Below are positions 1 to 8,843 of a DNA stretch of 37,690 nt, piece after piece. The translations under genes were made by a program, and so were the position numbers. Source of the DNA: Sphingomonas sp. (GTDB lineage Bacteria; Pseudomonadota; Alphaproteobacteria; Sphingomonadales; Sphingomonadaceae); contig JAFBAM010000162.1 in the NCBI GenBank assembly GCA_019247755.1, positions 1-37,690 of the forward strand. The letters are read 5' to 3'. Each line of letters starts with the position of its first letter. Position 1 is the stretch's first letter. The notes beneath the pieces were generated by a model that worked only from the letters and a program-made list of their open reading frames with translations, had not been told where the DNA came from and searched no databases.

Positions 1-80
1 TTGCTCGCAATCTCACGCTGCTTGGCGGGATCCATCGCCGCAAAACCGCGCTTCGATCCTCCGCTCTTGGTCGCTGCCAT
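1..80 (-). CDS. KGG-repeat general stress protein (YciG/GsiB/Con-10-like), N-terminal part only; runs off the left edge
   Basis: Not in the ORF track. The reverse strand from ATG at 80 reads MAATKSGGSKRGFAAMDPAKQREIAS..., matching the RGFAxMDxxxQREIASKGG family signature. AGGAGA RBS upstream. Confidence 0.88.
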   Translation of the reverse strand, partial: MAATKSGGSKRGFAAMDPAKQREIAS

Positions 81-111
81 TTTCAGTCTCCTGGTTGGTA
101 GGCTGCTCCGC

Positions 112-136
112 AACGCCGTAGCCGAGCAACGGTTGC
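112..136 (-). promoter_or_regulatory. Putative sigma-EcfG (general stress response) promoter for the KGG gene
   Basis: The minus strand reads GCAAC-N16-CGTT against the consensus GGAAC-N16/17-CGTT. It lies about 30 nt upstream of a typical stress-regulon gene. Confidence 0.55.
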
Positions 137-184
137 CAAAGCTGATGGAGGTTAGGGAACGGCCGTTGAGCAGCCAGATTTTTG

Positions 185-200
185 ACTAACCTTGGTTAGT
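185..200. promoter_or_regulatory. Inverted repeat ACTAACC-tt-GGTTAGT, candidate operator
   Basis: Perfect 7-2-7 palindrome in the divergent intergenic region. Confidence 0.4.
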
Positions 201-308
201 GCCGACAGCCGATTCGGGAACCACTGTCGACGCTGAGGTTTTCGCTCACGACAGGAAGCTCCTGGTACTTACCGCCGAGCTTCGCTGCCGGCGTTTTACG
301 GGGGCGTG

Positions 309-2162
309 ATGCGACGATCTGGTTACGCGCTTTTCGTCAATATCCTTTCGTCAGCTCTCGTGCTGAGCGCGTGTAACCGGTCGAAACCTCAACCTTCCGG
401 ATCAGCCATCGTCAGCAGCAATGTGCCTGCTGGCGACCACGCTATTGCGCCGGCAGCAGCGTCTCCCACGGACGACGGCAATTGGGTGATGCCGAGCAAG
501 GACTATGCCGCGACGCGCTTTTCCGGCCTCAACCAGATCACGCCCGCAAACGTCTCCAAGCTCGCGCTAAGCTTCACCTTTTCGACCGCGACCACCCATG
601 GCTACGAGGCCCCGCCGCTCGTCGTGAACGGCACGATGTACCTGATCACCCCGTTCCCGAATTACCTTTATGCGCTCGACCTCACGAAGCCCGGCGCGCC
701 AACGAAATGGGTGTTCAAGCCGAAGCCAGCGGCGGCCTCACAGGGCGTCGCCTGCTGCGACACGGTCAACCGCGGCGCGGTCTACGATAACGGCAGGATT
801 TTCTTCAACACGCTCGACGGGCAGACGATTGCGGTCGACGCCAACAGCGGCCAGCAGGTCTGGCGCACCCAGCTCGGCAATATCCAGATGGGCGAGACGA
901 TCACGATGGCGCCGCTCGTCGCGGGCGGCAAAGTGCTGGTCGGCAACTCAGGCGGCGAGATGGGCGTCCGGGGCTGGATTGCAGCGCTCGACGAAGGCAG
1001 CGGCAAGATCGCCTGGAAGGCGTTCAACACCGGCCCCGACAAGGACGTCCTGATCGGCTCGCGGTTCAAGCCATTCTACGCCATGGACCAGGGCAAGGAC
1101 CTGGGAGTCAAAACCTGGCCCTCGGAGGCCTGGAAAATCGGCGGTGGGACCGTCTGGGGCTGGTTGAGCTACGACCCCGTAACCAAGCTGATTTATTACG
1201 GAGTCGGCAATCCTGGTCCCTGGAACCCCGACCAGCGTCCGGGCGACAATAAATGGACGACAGGTGTCTTCGCCCGCGACGTCAGCACTGGCGAAGCGGT
1301 CTGGTATTATCAGACGACCCCGCACGACCTGTTCGACCACGACGACATCAACGAGATCATCCTCGCCGACATTCCGTGGCAGGGCGGTCGCCGCCCCGTC
1401 ATGTTCCGACCGGCTCGCGCCGGGTTCTTCTACGTCCAGGACCGGCGGACGGGACAGGTGCTGTCGGCGGCGCCCTTCGGCTACATCAACGCATACAAGG
1501 GCGTCGATCTCAAGACCGGGCGAATGGTCCCGAACCACGACAAGGACACGAAGATCGGCCGCGTGGTGCGCGACATCTGCCCAGCTGCTCCCGGAATGAA
1601 GGACTGGAACCCATCGGCATTCAGCCCCGTCACTGGTCTCGTCTACATCCCGCACAACAACCTCTGCATGGACTTCGGGGCGATGGAGGCCAACTACATC
1701 GCCGGCACGCCGTACGTCGGCGCGGACGTGAAATATTACGGCGGCCCCGGCGGAAACCGGGGGGCATTCACCGCGTGGGACCCCATCCATCAGAAGAAGA
1801 TCTGGGAGATACCGGAAGACCTGCCGGTGTGGAGCCCCGCCCTGGTCACCGCGGGTGGCGTCGTTTTCTACGGAACGATGGACGGCTGGTTCAAGGCCGT
1901 TGACGCACGCAACGGCAAACTGCTCTGGCAGTTCAAGGCGGGTAGCGGGATCATCGGCCAGCCGATCTCTTATCGCGGCCCCGACGGAAGGCAGTACGTC
2001 GCAGTGGTCGCCGGTGTCGGCGGCTGGGCCGGTGCTGTCGTTTCCAACAAGCTCGACACGCGCGATCCGACCGGCGCTCTTGGCTTCACCAACGCCGTCA
2101 AGGACCTCCCGATGAAAACCACAGCGGGAGGCATGCTCTATGTCTTCACGCTTCCGCGTTAG
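309..2162 (+). CDS. xoxF: PQQ-dependent methanol/ethanol-family dehydrogenase, XoxF-type (probably lanthanide-dependent, XoxF3-like), lipoprotein
   Basis: Vicinal CC (ACCDTVNRG), GGEMGVRG Glu, GGTVWGW, GNPGPWN Asn and HDLFDHDD with D-x-D. Trp-docking repeats and lipobox LSAC. Alternative start GTG 306. Confidence 0.85.
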   Translation: MRRSGYALFVNILSSALVLSACNRSKPQPSGSAIVSSNVPAGDHAIAPAAASPTDDGNWVMPSKDYAATRFSGLNQITPANVSKLALSFTFSTATTHGYEAPPLVVNGTMYLITPFPNYLYALDLTKPGAPTKWVFKPKPAAASQGVACCDTVNRGAVYDNGRIFFNTLDGQTIAVDANSGQQVWRTQLGNIQMGETITMAPLVAGGKVLVGNSGGEMGVRGWIAALDEGSGKIAWKAFNTGPDKDVLIGSRFKPFYAMDQGKDLGVKTWPSEAWKIGGGTVWGWLSYDPVTKLIYYGVGNPGPWNPDQRPGDNKWTTGVFARDVSTGEAVWYYQTTPHDLFDHDDINEIILADIPWQGGRRPVMFRPARAGFFYVQDRRTGQVLSAAPFGYINAYKGVDLKTGRMVPNHDKDTKIGRVVRDICPAAPGMKDWNPSAFSPVTGLVYIPHNNLCMDFGAMEANYIAGTPYVGADVKYYGGPGGNRGAFTAWDPIHQKKIWEIPEDLPVWSPALVTAGGVVFYGTMDGWFKAVDARNGKLLWQFKAGSGIIGQPISYRGPDGRQYVAVVAGVGGWAGAVVSNKLDTRDPTGALGFTNAVKDLPMKTTAGGMLYVFTLPR

Positions 2163-2694
2163 CCTCCTCGTCCTCGGCGTCGGCGCGCTGGCCCTGACGG
2201 CCTGCGACCGGGAGGAGCGGCATAGCCGTTCCAAGCCCATCGGCGAGACCGTCCCAGCCGGCCCCAGCCCGGACACCATCTGGCCCGGCGGCACCGTTCC
2301 GCAGACGGCCGATCCACGCGCCAAGCTCTACGACAATAATGCGGCAGCCATTTCCGAGGGCCAGTATCTCTACACTCAGATGAACTGTGTCGGCTGCCAC
2401 TTCCATGGCGGCGGCGGCATGGGTCCGCCATTGATGGACGACGAGTGGCGCTACGGCGGCCGCATCGACCAGATCGCGACCAGCATCGCCGAGGGCCGGC
2501 CGAACGGCATGCCCGCGTGGCGCAGCAAGCTGACCGAAGACCAGATCTGGAAAATCGCGGCCTTTGTCCGCTCGTTATCCGGCCAGCCGAGCAAGGACGC
2601 CGTATCAAGCCGCGCGGAGTCCATGAGCGCGGGCACGCCGCAGACGCTGACGGCGCACGAGCGGCTGCACAATTCGGACACGGCCGACCAATGA
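2140..2694 (+). CDS. Monoheme cytochrome c lipoprotein (XoxG/cytochrome cL-like electron acceptor)
   Basis: CVGCH heme motif, GGGGMGPPL, distal Met in GMPAW and lipobox LTAC. Overlaps the dehydrogenase stop. Confidence 0.85.
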   Translation: MSSRFRVSLLVLGVGALALTACDREERHSRSKPIGETVPAGPSPDTIWPGGTVPQTADPRAKLYDNNAAAISEGQYLYTQMNCVGCHFHGGGGMGPPLMDDEWRYGGRIDQIATSIAEGRPNGMPAWRSKLTEDQIWKIAAFVRSLSGQPSKDAVSSRAESMSAGTPQTLTAHERLHNSDTADQ

Positions 2695-3713
2695 TCGCGC
2701 GCCTGCGCATGGCCGCCGCAGCTCTCCTACTTTCCGCGGGCGCTTGCAGCTATCAGCATTACCAAAGCACCTTTTCCGACGCCGCGGTCGAGGCCCGGCA
2801 GTTCAATATCCTGTTCGTGATCTTCCTGGTCGTTTGCGCGGTGATGTACGCGCTGGTGATCACCTTCCTGATTGCCGGCATCGCCCGCCGCCGCCGTTCG
2901 CAGGCGAATGTCATGGAGGAGGGCCGCCATCACGAATCCGATCCGCTGATGGGCACTGGCCTGATCGGCTGGGGCGCTCTGGTCGCCACCGGGCTTGTCG
3001 GCCTGGCGATCGCGAGCTTCTTTACCGACCGCTCAATGGCGAGCGCGGCGGCGCGGCCGAAATTGCTGGTGACCGTGACTGCCAAGCAATGGTGGTGGGA
3101 CGTCAGATACGAGGCGGGCGACAAGTCGAAGACCTTCCACACCGCGAACGAGATCCACCTGCCCGTCGGCGTGCCAGCGCAGATCGTCCTTCAGTCCGAC
3201 GACGTGATCCACAGTTTCTGGGTCCCGAGCCTCGCGGGCAAGCAGGACCTCATCCCCGGCCGCGTCAATGACATCAGCATCACCCCGACGAGGGTCGGCA
3301 TCTATCGCGGCCAATGCGCCGAATATTGCGGTGCCGAGCATGCCAAGATGGCGCTGACCGTCGACGTCGACAGCTACGGCGATTTCCTCAACTGGTGGCG
3401 GCATCAGTTGCAGTCGGCGCCACCTCCGGCAACGCCGCTCGCGACCGCGGGCTACAATTTCGTGACCAGCCGCAATTGCTCCGCTTGCCACGCCATCGCC
3501 GGAACGCCCGCCAACGGCACCGTCGGCCCCGACCTGACACACCTCGCCAGCCGCCGCAGCATCGCTGCCGGGGCCATGCCGATGAGCGAGGGCAATCTCT
3601 ACGGGTGGGTTGCCGACCCGCAGTCGATCAAGCCCGGGAACCACATGCCGACAATCGGCATGGAGCCCGACCAGCTCCACGCCGTGATCGCCTATCTGAA
3701 GACGCTCAAATGA
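2691..3713 (+). CDS. coxB: Cytochrome c oxidase subunit II with fused C-terminal cytochrome c (caa3-type)
   Basis: ATGA overlap at 2691. Two TM helices, QWWW, DVIHSFW, CuA motif CAEYCGAEHAKM and C-terminal CSACH. Confidence 0.92.
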   Translation: MIARLRMAAAALLLSAGACSYQHYQSTFSDAAVEARQFNILFVIFLVVCAVMYALVITFLIAGIARRRRSQANVMEEGRHHESDPLMGTGLIGWGALVATGLVGLAIASFFTDRSMASAAARPKLLVTVTAKQWWWDVRYEAGDKSKTFHTANEIHLPVGVPAQIVLQSDDVIHSFWVPSLAGKQDLIPGRVNDISITPTRVGIYRGQCAEYCGAEHAKMALTVDVDSYGDFLNWWRHQLQSAPPPATPLATAGYNFVTSRNCSACHAIAGTPANGTVGPDLTHLASRRSIAAGAMPMSEGNLYGWVADPQSIKPGNHMPTIGMEPDQLHAVIAYLKTLK

Positions 3714-5674
3714 ACGAGCCGCCCGAAATCCGAGAGCAGGACGAGCGGCTCGCGAAGGAGTGCAAGAAGATCGTTCGCGATGGGCCGAAGCTCACAGGGC
3801 CGAGGCTCGAGGCGCGGCTGGACCGCGCCTGGCGCCGCCCGCCCGGCATCATCGGCTGGCTGGCGACCGTGGACCACAAGGAGATCGGCCGCCGATACAT
3901 CATCACGGCGCTGCTGTTCCTCGCTGCCGGCGGCTTCCTTGCGCTGCTGATGCGGCTGCAGCTTGCGAGGCCGGACAGCAACCTTATCAGCCCGCAACGA
4001 TACAACGAGCTGTTCACGATGCATGGCTCGACAATGATGTTCCTGTTCGCCGTGCCGGTCATGGAAGGCGTCGCGGTGTTCATCATCCCGCTGATGCTCG
4101 GCACGCGCTCGACCGCATTCCCGCGGCTAAATGCCTTCAGCTATTTCATGTACCTATTCGGCGGGCTGATGCTGTGGATCGCGTTCGTCTTGAACATCGG
4201 CCCCGACATCGGCTGGTTCGCCTACACGCCATTGTCCGGCCCGCAATTCTCGCCGGGCAAGCGCGCCGACGTCTGGGCCCAGATGATCACCTTCACCGAA
4301 GTCGCCGCGCTTGCCGCAGCAGTGGTGCTCGTCTGCACCATCCTCAAGACGCGGGCTCCGGGGATGACCTTGGCGCGCATGCCGCTGTTCGCCTGGGCGA
4401 TGCTGGTCGTGGCGGTGATGATCATCTTCTCGATGCCAGCAGTCGCGCTCTGCTCGGGAATGCTCATTTCCGACCGGCTGGTCGGCACCAACTTTTACAA
4501 TGCCTACGAGCATGGCGACGCCCTGCTGTGGCAGCACCTGTTCTGGTTCTTCGGCCACCCCGAGGTCTACATCATCTTCCTGCCGGCCACCGGGTTCGTC
4601 AGCGTCATGGTCGAGACGTTCTGCCGCCGGCCGGTATTCGCCTATCCGGTCGTCGTCCTCGCATTGATCTCGACGGGCATCCTCGCGTTCGGGCTGTGGG
4701 TCCACCACATGTTCGCGACGGGCCTGCCGCGGGTCGGCTACAGCTTCTACACCTCGGCGAGCATGACGGTCGCAATCCCGACGGGGCTGCAGATCTTCTG
4801 CTGGCTCGCGACGATGTGGGACGGCCGCCCGCGCTTCCAGGTGCCGATGCTCTACGTCGTCGGCTTCATCGTCACGTTCGTGATCGGCGGCCTTACCGGC
4901 GTCATCATCGCCTCGGTGCCGCTCGACCTGCAATTGCACGACACCTACTTCATCGTCGCACATTTCCATTATGTGCTGATCGGCGGAGCGGTCTTCCCGC
5001 TGCTCGGGATCCTCACCTACTGGTATCCGAAGATCACCGGCCGGATGATGAGCGAGACGCTCGGCAAGATCGGCTTCTGGATGCTGTTCCTAGGCTTCCA
5101 GCTCGCCTTCTTCCCGATGCATTTCAGCGGACTGCTCGGCATGCCGCGGCGCGTCTACACTTACCCCGCGGGCCTGGGCCTCGAGCTCCCCAATCTACTG
5201 TCCAGCATCGGCGCGTTCGTCGTTGCCGCCGCCGTCGTGATCTTCGTCGTAAATGGCATCGTATCGCTCTATCGCGGCATTCCCGCGCCAGCGAACCCCT
5301 GGGGCGCCGCGAGCCTGGAGTGGGCGACCATGTCGCCGCCGCCGGCCTACAATTTCGCGCACATCCCGGTCGTCGAAAGCCGAACGCCGCTCTGGGACAA
5401 TGTAGCTGACCTTCCCGTCGTCACCGGCTTGCGTGTGGACGAAAAGGAAACGCTGCTGACCACTGTGGTCGCCGCGGCGCCGGATGTTCGCGAGCCAGTC
5501 CCGGCGGCGAGCCTGTGGCCATTCGTCACGGCCTGTGCGGTCGGCATATTCTTCGTGACCTCGATCTTCTCACCGTGGGCGATCGTTTTCGGAACAATCC
5601 CGTCAGCGATCGCGGCGGCGGCATGGTTCTGGCCGAAGGAATTGAAGCGCCATCCGGAGCCGGTGATCACATGA
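3710..5674 (+). CDS. coxA: Heme-copper oxidase subunit I (A-family HPEVY type, atypical proton channels)
   Basis: ATGA overlap at 3710. Motifs DHKEIG, TMHG, WFFGHPEVY, WVHHM, HDTYFIVAHFHY and GMPRR. Extra C-terminal TM helices. Confidence 0.95.
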   Translation: MNEPPEIREQDERLAKECKKIVRDGPKLTGPRLEARLDRAWRRPPGIIGWLATVDHKEIGRRYIITALLFLAAGGFLALLMRLQLARPDSNLISPQRYNELFTMHGSTMMFLFAVPVMEGVAVFIIPLMLGTRSTAFPRLNAFSYFMYLFGGLMLWIAFVLNIGPDIGWFAYTPLSGPQFSPGKRADVWAQMITFTEVAALAAAVVLVCTILKTRAPGMTLARMPLFAWAMLVVAVMIIFSMPAVALCSGMLISDRLVGTNFYNAYEHGDALLWQHLFWFFGHPEVYIIFLPATGFVSVMVETFCRRPVFAYPVVVLALISTGILAFGLWVHHMFATGLPRVGYSFYTSASMTVAIPTGLQIFCWLATMWDGRPRFQVPMLYVVGFIVTFVIGGLTGVIIASVPLDLQLHDTYFIVAHFHYVLIGGAVFPLLGILTYWYPKITGRMMSETLGKIGFWMLFLGFQLAFFPMHFSGLLGMPRRVYTYPAGLGLELPNLLSSIGAFVVAAAVVIFVVNGIVSLYRGIPAPANPWGAASLEWATMSPPPAYNFAHIPVVESRTPLWDNVADLPVVTGLRVDEKETLLTTVVAAAPDVREPVPAASLWPFVTACAVGIFFVTSIFSPWAIVFGTIPSAIAAAAWFWPKELKRHPEPVIT

Positions 5675-6282
5675 TCCCCGCGCCACGCTTCACCGATAGC
5701 GTCGCCGACCTCCCGACCCACAAGTTCGGGCCGAGCAGCCTCACCTGGTGGGGCATCCTCGGCTTCATGATCATCGAGGGCACCTTCTTCGCGCTCGCCT
5801 TCGCCGCCTATTTCTTCCTGATGGGGCACGAGCAGGGCTGGCCACCAGAGGGCCGGCAGCCGCCGAACCTCCTGTGGGGCACGCTGTTCCTGATCATCAT
5901 GCTGCTGAGCGAAATACCGAATTCAATGATCAAGAAAGCGGCGCACGAACGGGACGTGCCCGCGATCAGGCGACTGATGCCGGTCATCATCGGCGCCGGC
6001 GCGGTCCTGCTCATCATCCGCGGTTTCGAGTTCAACAATTTGAACTGCCGCTGGACCGACGACGCTTACAGCTCGATCGTCTGGGCAATCCTGTTCCTGC
6101 ACACGACGCACATCCTTACGGATTGGGGCGACACCATCGTGCTCTGGGCACTGATGATGACCGACGTCGGGTGGGAGGGCCGGCGCCTCGTCGATACCGA
6201 CGAGAACTGCCTCTACTGGCGCTACGTCTGGCTGCTTTGGATCCCGGTCTACCTGCTCGTCTATTGGGTGCCGCGGCTGTGA
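5671..6282 (+). CDS. coxC: Cytochrome c oxidase subunit III family protein (short form)
   Basis: ATGA overlap at 5671. WG..FMIIEG..F Glu, LH..H and YWRYV..W; about 5 TM helices. Confidence 0.85.
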   Translation: MIPAPRFTDSVADLPTHKFGPSSLTWWGILGFMIIEGTFFALAFAAYFFLMGHEQGWPPEGRQPPNLLWGTLFLIIMLLSEIPNSMIKKAAHERDVPAIRRLMPVIIGAGAVLLIIRGFEFNNLNCRWTDDAYSSIVWAILFLHTTHILTDWGDTIVLWALMMTDVGWEGRRLVDTDENCLYWRYVWLLWIPVYLLVYWVPRL

Positions 6283-6614
6283 AGACGAGCGAGCGTATCC
6301 GCGATCGCTTCATGCCCTGGGCCGGCCTGGCGCTTGGCACGGTCGGCTATTTCCTGACCCACCAGCTCGGATCGGACTCCACCTTTCAGGACTGCCGCTT
6401 CTCAAGCCCGTGGATTGTTCTGCTTGCCACGCTGCTAGGATTGATTGTGATCGGCTTTGGGGCACTCGGCTCTTGGCGAATCTATGCGGCGCGGGAGGAA
6501 GCGCCTGCCCGCCGCCTCGTCGCAGTCGTCGGACTGCTAGCCTGCGCGCTCTACGCGATCGGAGTCATTCTTCCCTCGATTGCCACCTTGGTCATCCCGC
6601 AATGCTGGGCATGA
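6279..6614 (+). CDS. Small 3-TM membrane protein of the oxidase operon
   Basis: GTGA overlap at 6279 and ATGA overlap at its end. Hydrophobic 111-aa product. Confidence 0.75.
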   Translation: MKTSERIRDRFMPWAGLALGTVGYFLTHQLGSDSTFQDCRFSSPWIVLLATLLGLIVIGFGALGSWRIYAAREEAPARRLVAVVGLLACALYAIGVILPSIATLVIPQCWA

Positions 6615-7480
6615 GGCTGCTCCCACTGATCCTCTTGTTCATCGCGGCCCCGGCGCTTGCCCATGGCGGCCACGGTCAAGAGCCGGGCTGGACCCTCGAT
6701 CCACTGTTGACCGTCCCGCTTGCTCTCTCGCTGTTGATCTACCTCGTTGGCTGGTCGCGCCTTGCGAAGCGCGCCACGACGCCGGTGCGGCCGGGCCTGT
6801 TCCTATCAGGTTGGGCGGTGCTGACCCTGTCGCTCACCTCGCCGCTTCATGAGGCCGGCGAACGAAGCTTCACGATGCACATGATCGAGCATGAGTTGAT
6901 CATGCTCGTCGCGACGTTGCTGCTCGCCGCATCCAGCGCAGGCGGAGTCCTCGCCTGGGGACTCCCGCGCCCCCTCCGGCAAGGCTTGGGCGGAAGCTGG
7001 AAATCGCCGCTGCAATCGCTGTGGCGCCGCCTGACCGAGCCGGTCACGGCGACGATCGTTCAAGGCGTTGTGATGTGGGTGTGGCACGCGCCGCCTTTGT
7101 TCGATCGTGCGCTGGACAGCTTTGCCTGGCACGTAACCCAGCATGCCTGTTTCTTCCTGAGCTCGCTGCTGTTCTGGTGGTCCATGATCCACCCCCGACG
7201 TGGCAGCGGCTATGGCGTTTCCGCGGCATGCCTGTTTGTGACCTCATTAATCGGCGGCGCGCTGGGCGCGTTGATGAGCCTGTCTTCGAGCCCCTGGTAT
7301 GCGGATTATGCGGCGATGGGGATGACCGGCATCGGGCTCGATCCGGTCGACGACCAGCGGCTCGCGGGCCTCATCATGTGGATCCCAGGCGGGGCCTTTC
7401 ACGGTATCGCTACGATCATCCTCGTCTACAAATGGTTACGGTCATCGGAGGCAGGCCATGCTGCGCTCCCTGTCCACTAA
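6611..7480 (+). CDS. ctaG: Cytochrome c oxidase assembly factor, caa3-type CtaG family
   Basis: ATGA overlap at 6611. Motifs SPLH, FTMHMIEH, WVWHAP, HVTQH..F....LFW and DQRLAGLIMWIPG. Confidence 0.88.
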   Translation: MRLLPLILLFIAAPALAHGGHGQEPGWTLDPLLTVPLALSLLIYLVGWSRLAKRATTPVRPGLFLSGWAVLTLSLTSPLHEAGERSFTMHMIEHELIMLVATLLLAASSAGGVLAWGLPRPLRQGLGGSWKSPLQSLWRRLTEPVTATIVQGVVMWVWHAPPLFDRALDSFAWHVTQHACFFLSSLLFWWSMIHPRRGSGYGVSAACLFVTSLIGGALGALMSLSSSPWYADYAAMGMTGIGLDPVDDQRLAGLIMWIPGGAFHGIATIILVYKWLRSSEAGHAALPVH

Positions 7481-7877
7481 GCTCTTCTTCGCGATCCTCG
7501 CGGCGCTGCTGTTCGTCATCGCGCTGGTCGGCATCCTCTACAAATATGTCGAGCAGCGTGACCGCATGCGGATGCATGCCGCCGCAGAGACTGGCGGTGA
7601 TCCGAGCCGCGGCGAAGCCATGTTCATCGAATATGGCTGCGGCAGCTGCCACGCGGTGGAGGGTGTCCGCACCGCGACCGGCATGGTCGGCCCTCCGCTC
7701 GACGGGATCGCCCTTCGGGTCATCATCGCCGGGAAGCTCGCCAACAAGCCCGAGAATATGGAGAAATGGATCCGCGACCCGCAGCAGGTGTCGCCCGGCA
7801 CCGCAATGCCCGACCTGAACGTTGGCGACCGCGACGCCCGAGACATTACGGCCTTTCTCTATTCGCGCGCGAAATGA
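7458..7877 (+). CDS. Membrane-anchored monoheme cytochrome c
   Basis: N-terminal TM helix, CGSCH, VGPPL and PGTAMP. Confidence 0.88.
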   Translation: MLRSLSTKLFFAILAALLFVIALVGILYKYVEQRDRMRMHAAAETGGDPSRGEAMFIEYGCGSCHAVEGVRTATGMVGPPLDGIALRVIIAGKLANKPENMEKWIRDPQQVSPGTAMPDLNVGDRDARDITAFLYSRAK

Positions 7878-7884
7878 CCGATCT

Positions 7885-8034
7885 TTACGAAGCTTCGCGC
7901 CAGTCGGAGGGTCCCCTGCGAACTAGCGGGGCGCCGCAGAGCTTGCACCGGCTATGCCAACGGCCCTCGACGACATAGGCCCATCGACCTGATCGTCGAT
8001 GACCGATGACGCGGCAGATGTATCGAGCAATCAC
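7885..8034 (-). CDS. Small 49-aa protein with C-x3-GH...CxxC putative Zn-binding motif
   Basis: Not in the ORF track. GTG at 8034 after AAGGA. Reads MIARYICRVIGHRRSGRWAYVVEGRWHSRCKLCGAPLVRRGPSDWREAS* and fills the gap, converging on the cytochrome c gene. Confidence 0.6.
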   Translation of the reverse strand: MIARYICRVIGHRRSGRWAYVVEGRWHSRCKLCGAPLVRRGPSDWREAS

Positions 8035-8114
8035 CCGCTCGGTTCCTTTGGATCTTCGCGCGGCTATGGCCCATGCTCCCTGTCCGGACCTTTACCATCA
8101 CGTGAATTAGGAAC

Positions 8115-8843
8115 TCAGTAGTTAAAGCCCAAAGCTGCGTAGAGATGATAGCCGGTACGGTGCTCTGCCCAGGTCGGACCTGCCGAGAGCAGAATATTGG
8201 CATGTTTCGAGACGCCGATAATCGAACCGACGCCGGCTCGGGTCTGAGCGGTTCCTCCAGTTACGTCTGGGCCTTGCCGCGTGATTTCAGCGCCGACAGA
8301 CAGGTCTGAATTGACGTCCTGCGTCACTGCGATCGCTGCCTGCCAGAAGTTTCGGTTCCCGACACCGGGATTGATCAAGTAGCCCCCGCCTCCGAAGACG
8401 CTGGTTCCTCCTTTGAAGTCCTTGCCTACCCATAAGGGCAGCAGGAACCTGGCTCTCTCGCCTGGGGAGTGGCTGGCCGTGGGAAGAATTACTCGTGGAA
8501 AGATCGCAGCCGAAAGTCCGCGATTTTTGTCATGGAAGAAGCGGTATTTGACGCCCAACTCGACGTCACCCGTGCCGGTTCGCCAACCCACAGCTGGCTC
8601 GTGCGAGAAGCTCAGAGGCAGCGTTGCGGTCAGCTGCACGCCTTCGACCGGCCCGTAGTTGAGGTCGGTCCCTGCATCGCCATCGAAAGTCGATGCTCGG
8701 CCCTCCCCGGCCCCGAACGCATAAATCTCCCAGTGGCCGGTATCCGTCGGCACCGGATCGTCGGTGAGGTACGGAGGACCTGCAGAGGCGGGAGCAGCCG
8801 CACTCGCCAAAGCAAGCGCAACGAACGAACGGACGAAACTCAC
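8115..8843 (-). CDS. Exported protein, putative small outer-membrane beta-barrel (transporter-like)
   Basis: GTGA overlap with the upstream stop at 8840-8843. Signal peptide ...AAPASA-GPPYLTDDP, GDVELGVKYRF, alternating beta pattern and C-terminal aromatic (GFNY). Confidence 0.75.
   Translation of the reverse strand: MSFVRSFVALALASAAAPASAGPPYLTDDPVPTDTGHWEIYAFGAGEGRASTFDGDAGTDLNYGPVEGVQLTATLPLSFSHEPAVGWRTGTGDVELGVKYRFFHDKNRGLSAAIFPRVILPTASHSPGERARFLLPLWVGKDFKGGTSVFGGGGYLINPGVGNRNFWQAAIAVTQDVNSDLSVGAEITRQGPDVTGGTAQTRAGVGSIIGVSKHANILLSAGPTWAEHRTGYHLYAALGFNY

Noticed and set aside
1-189. 62-aa plus-strand ORF in the track
   Set aside because: It is antisense to a clear KGG-family gene with an RBS and runs across its promoter.
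948-5409. Long alternative ORFs (948-2324 minus, 3760-5409 plus and similar ones throughout the window)
   Set aside because: These are Arg/Pro-rich shadow frames of motif-bearing genes, as expected in high-GC DNA.
2445-6610. Extended N-termini given by the track for coxB, coxA, coxC, the small membrane protein and ctaG (likewise 9419, 13413, 29797, 31491, 36018)
   Set aside because: The extensions overlap upstream genes. Starts at stop/start overlaps give sensible proteins.
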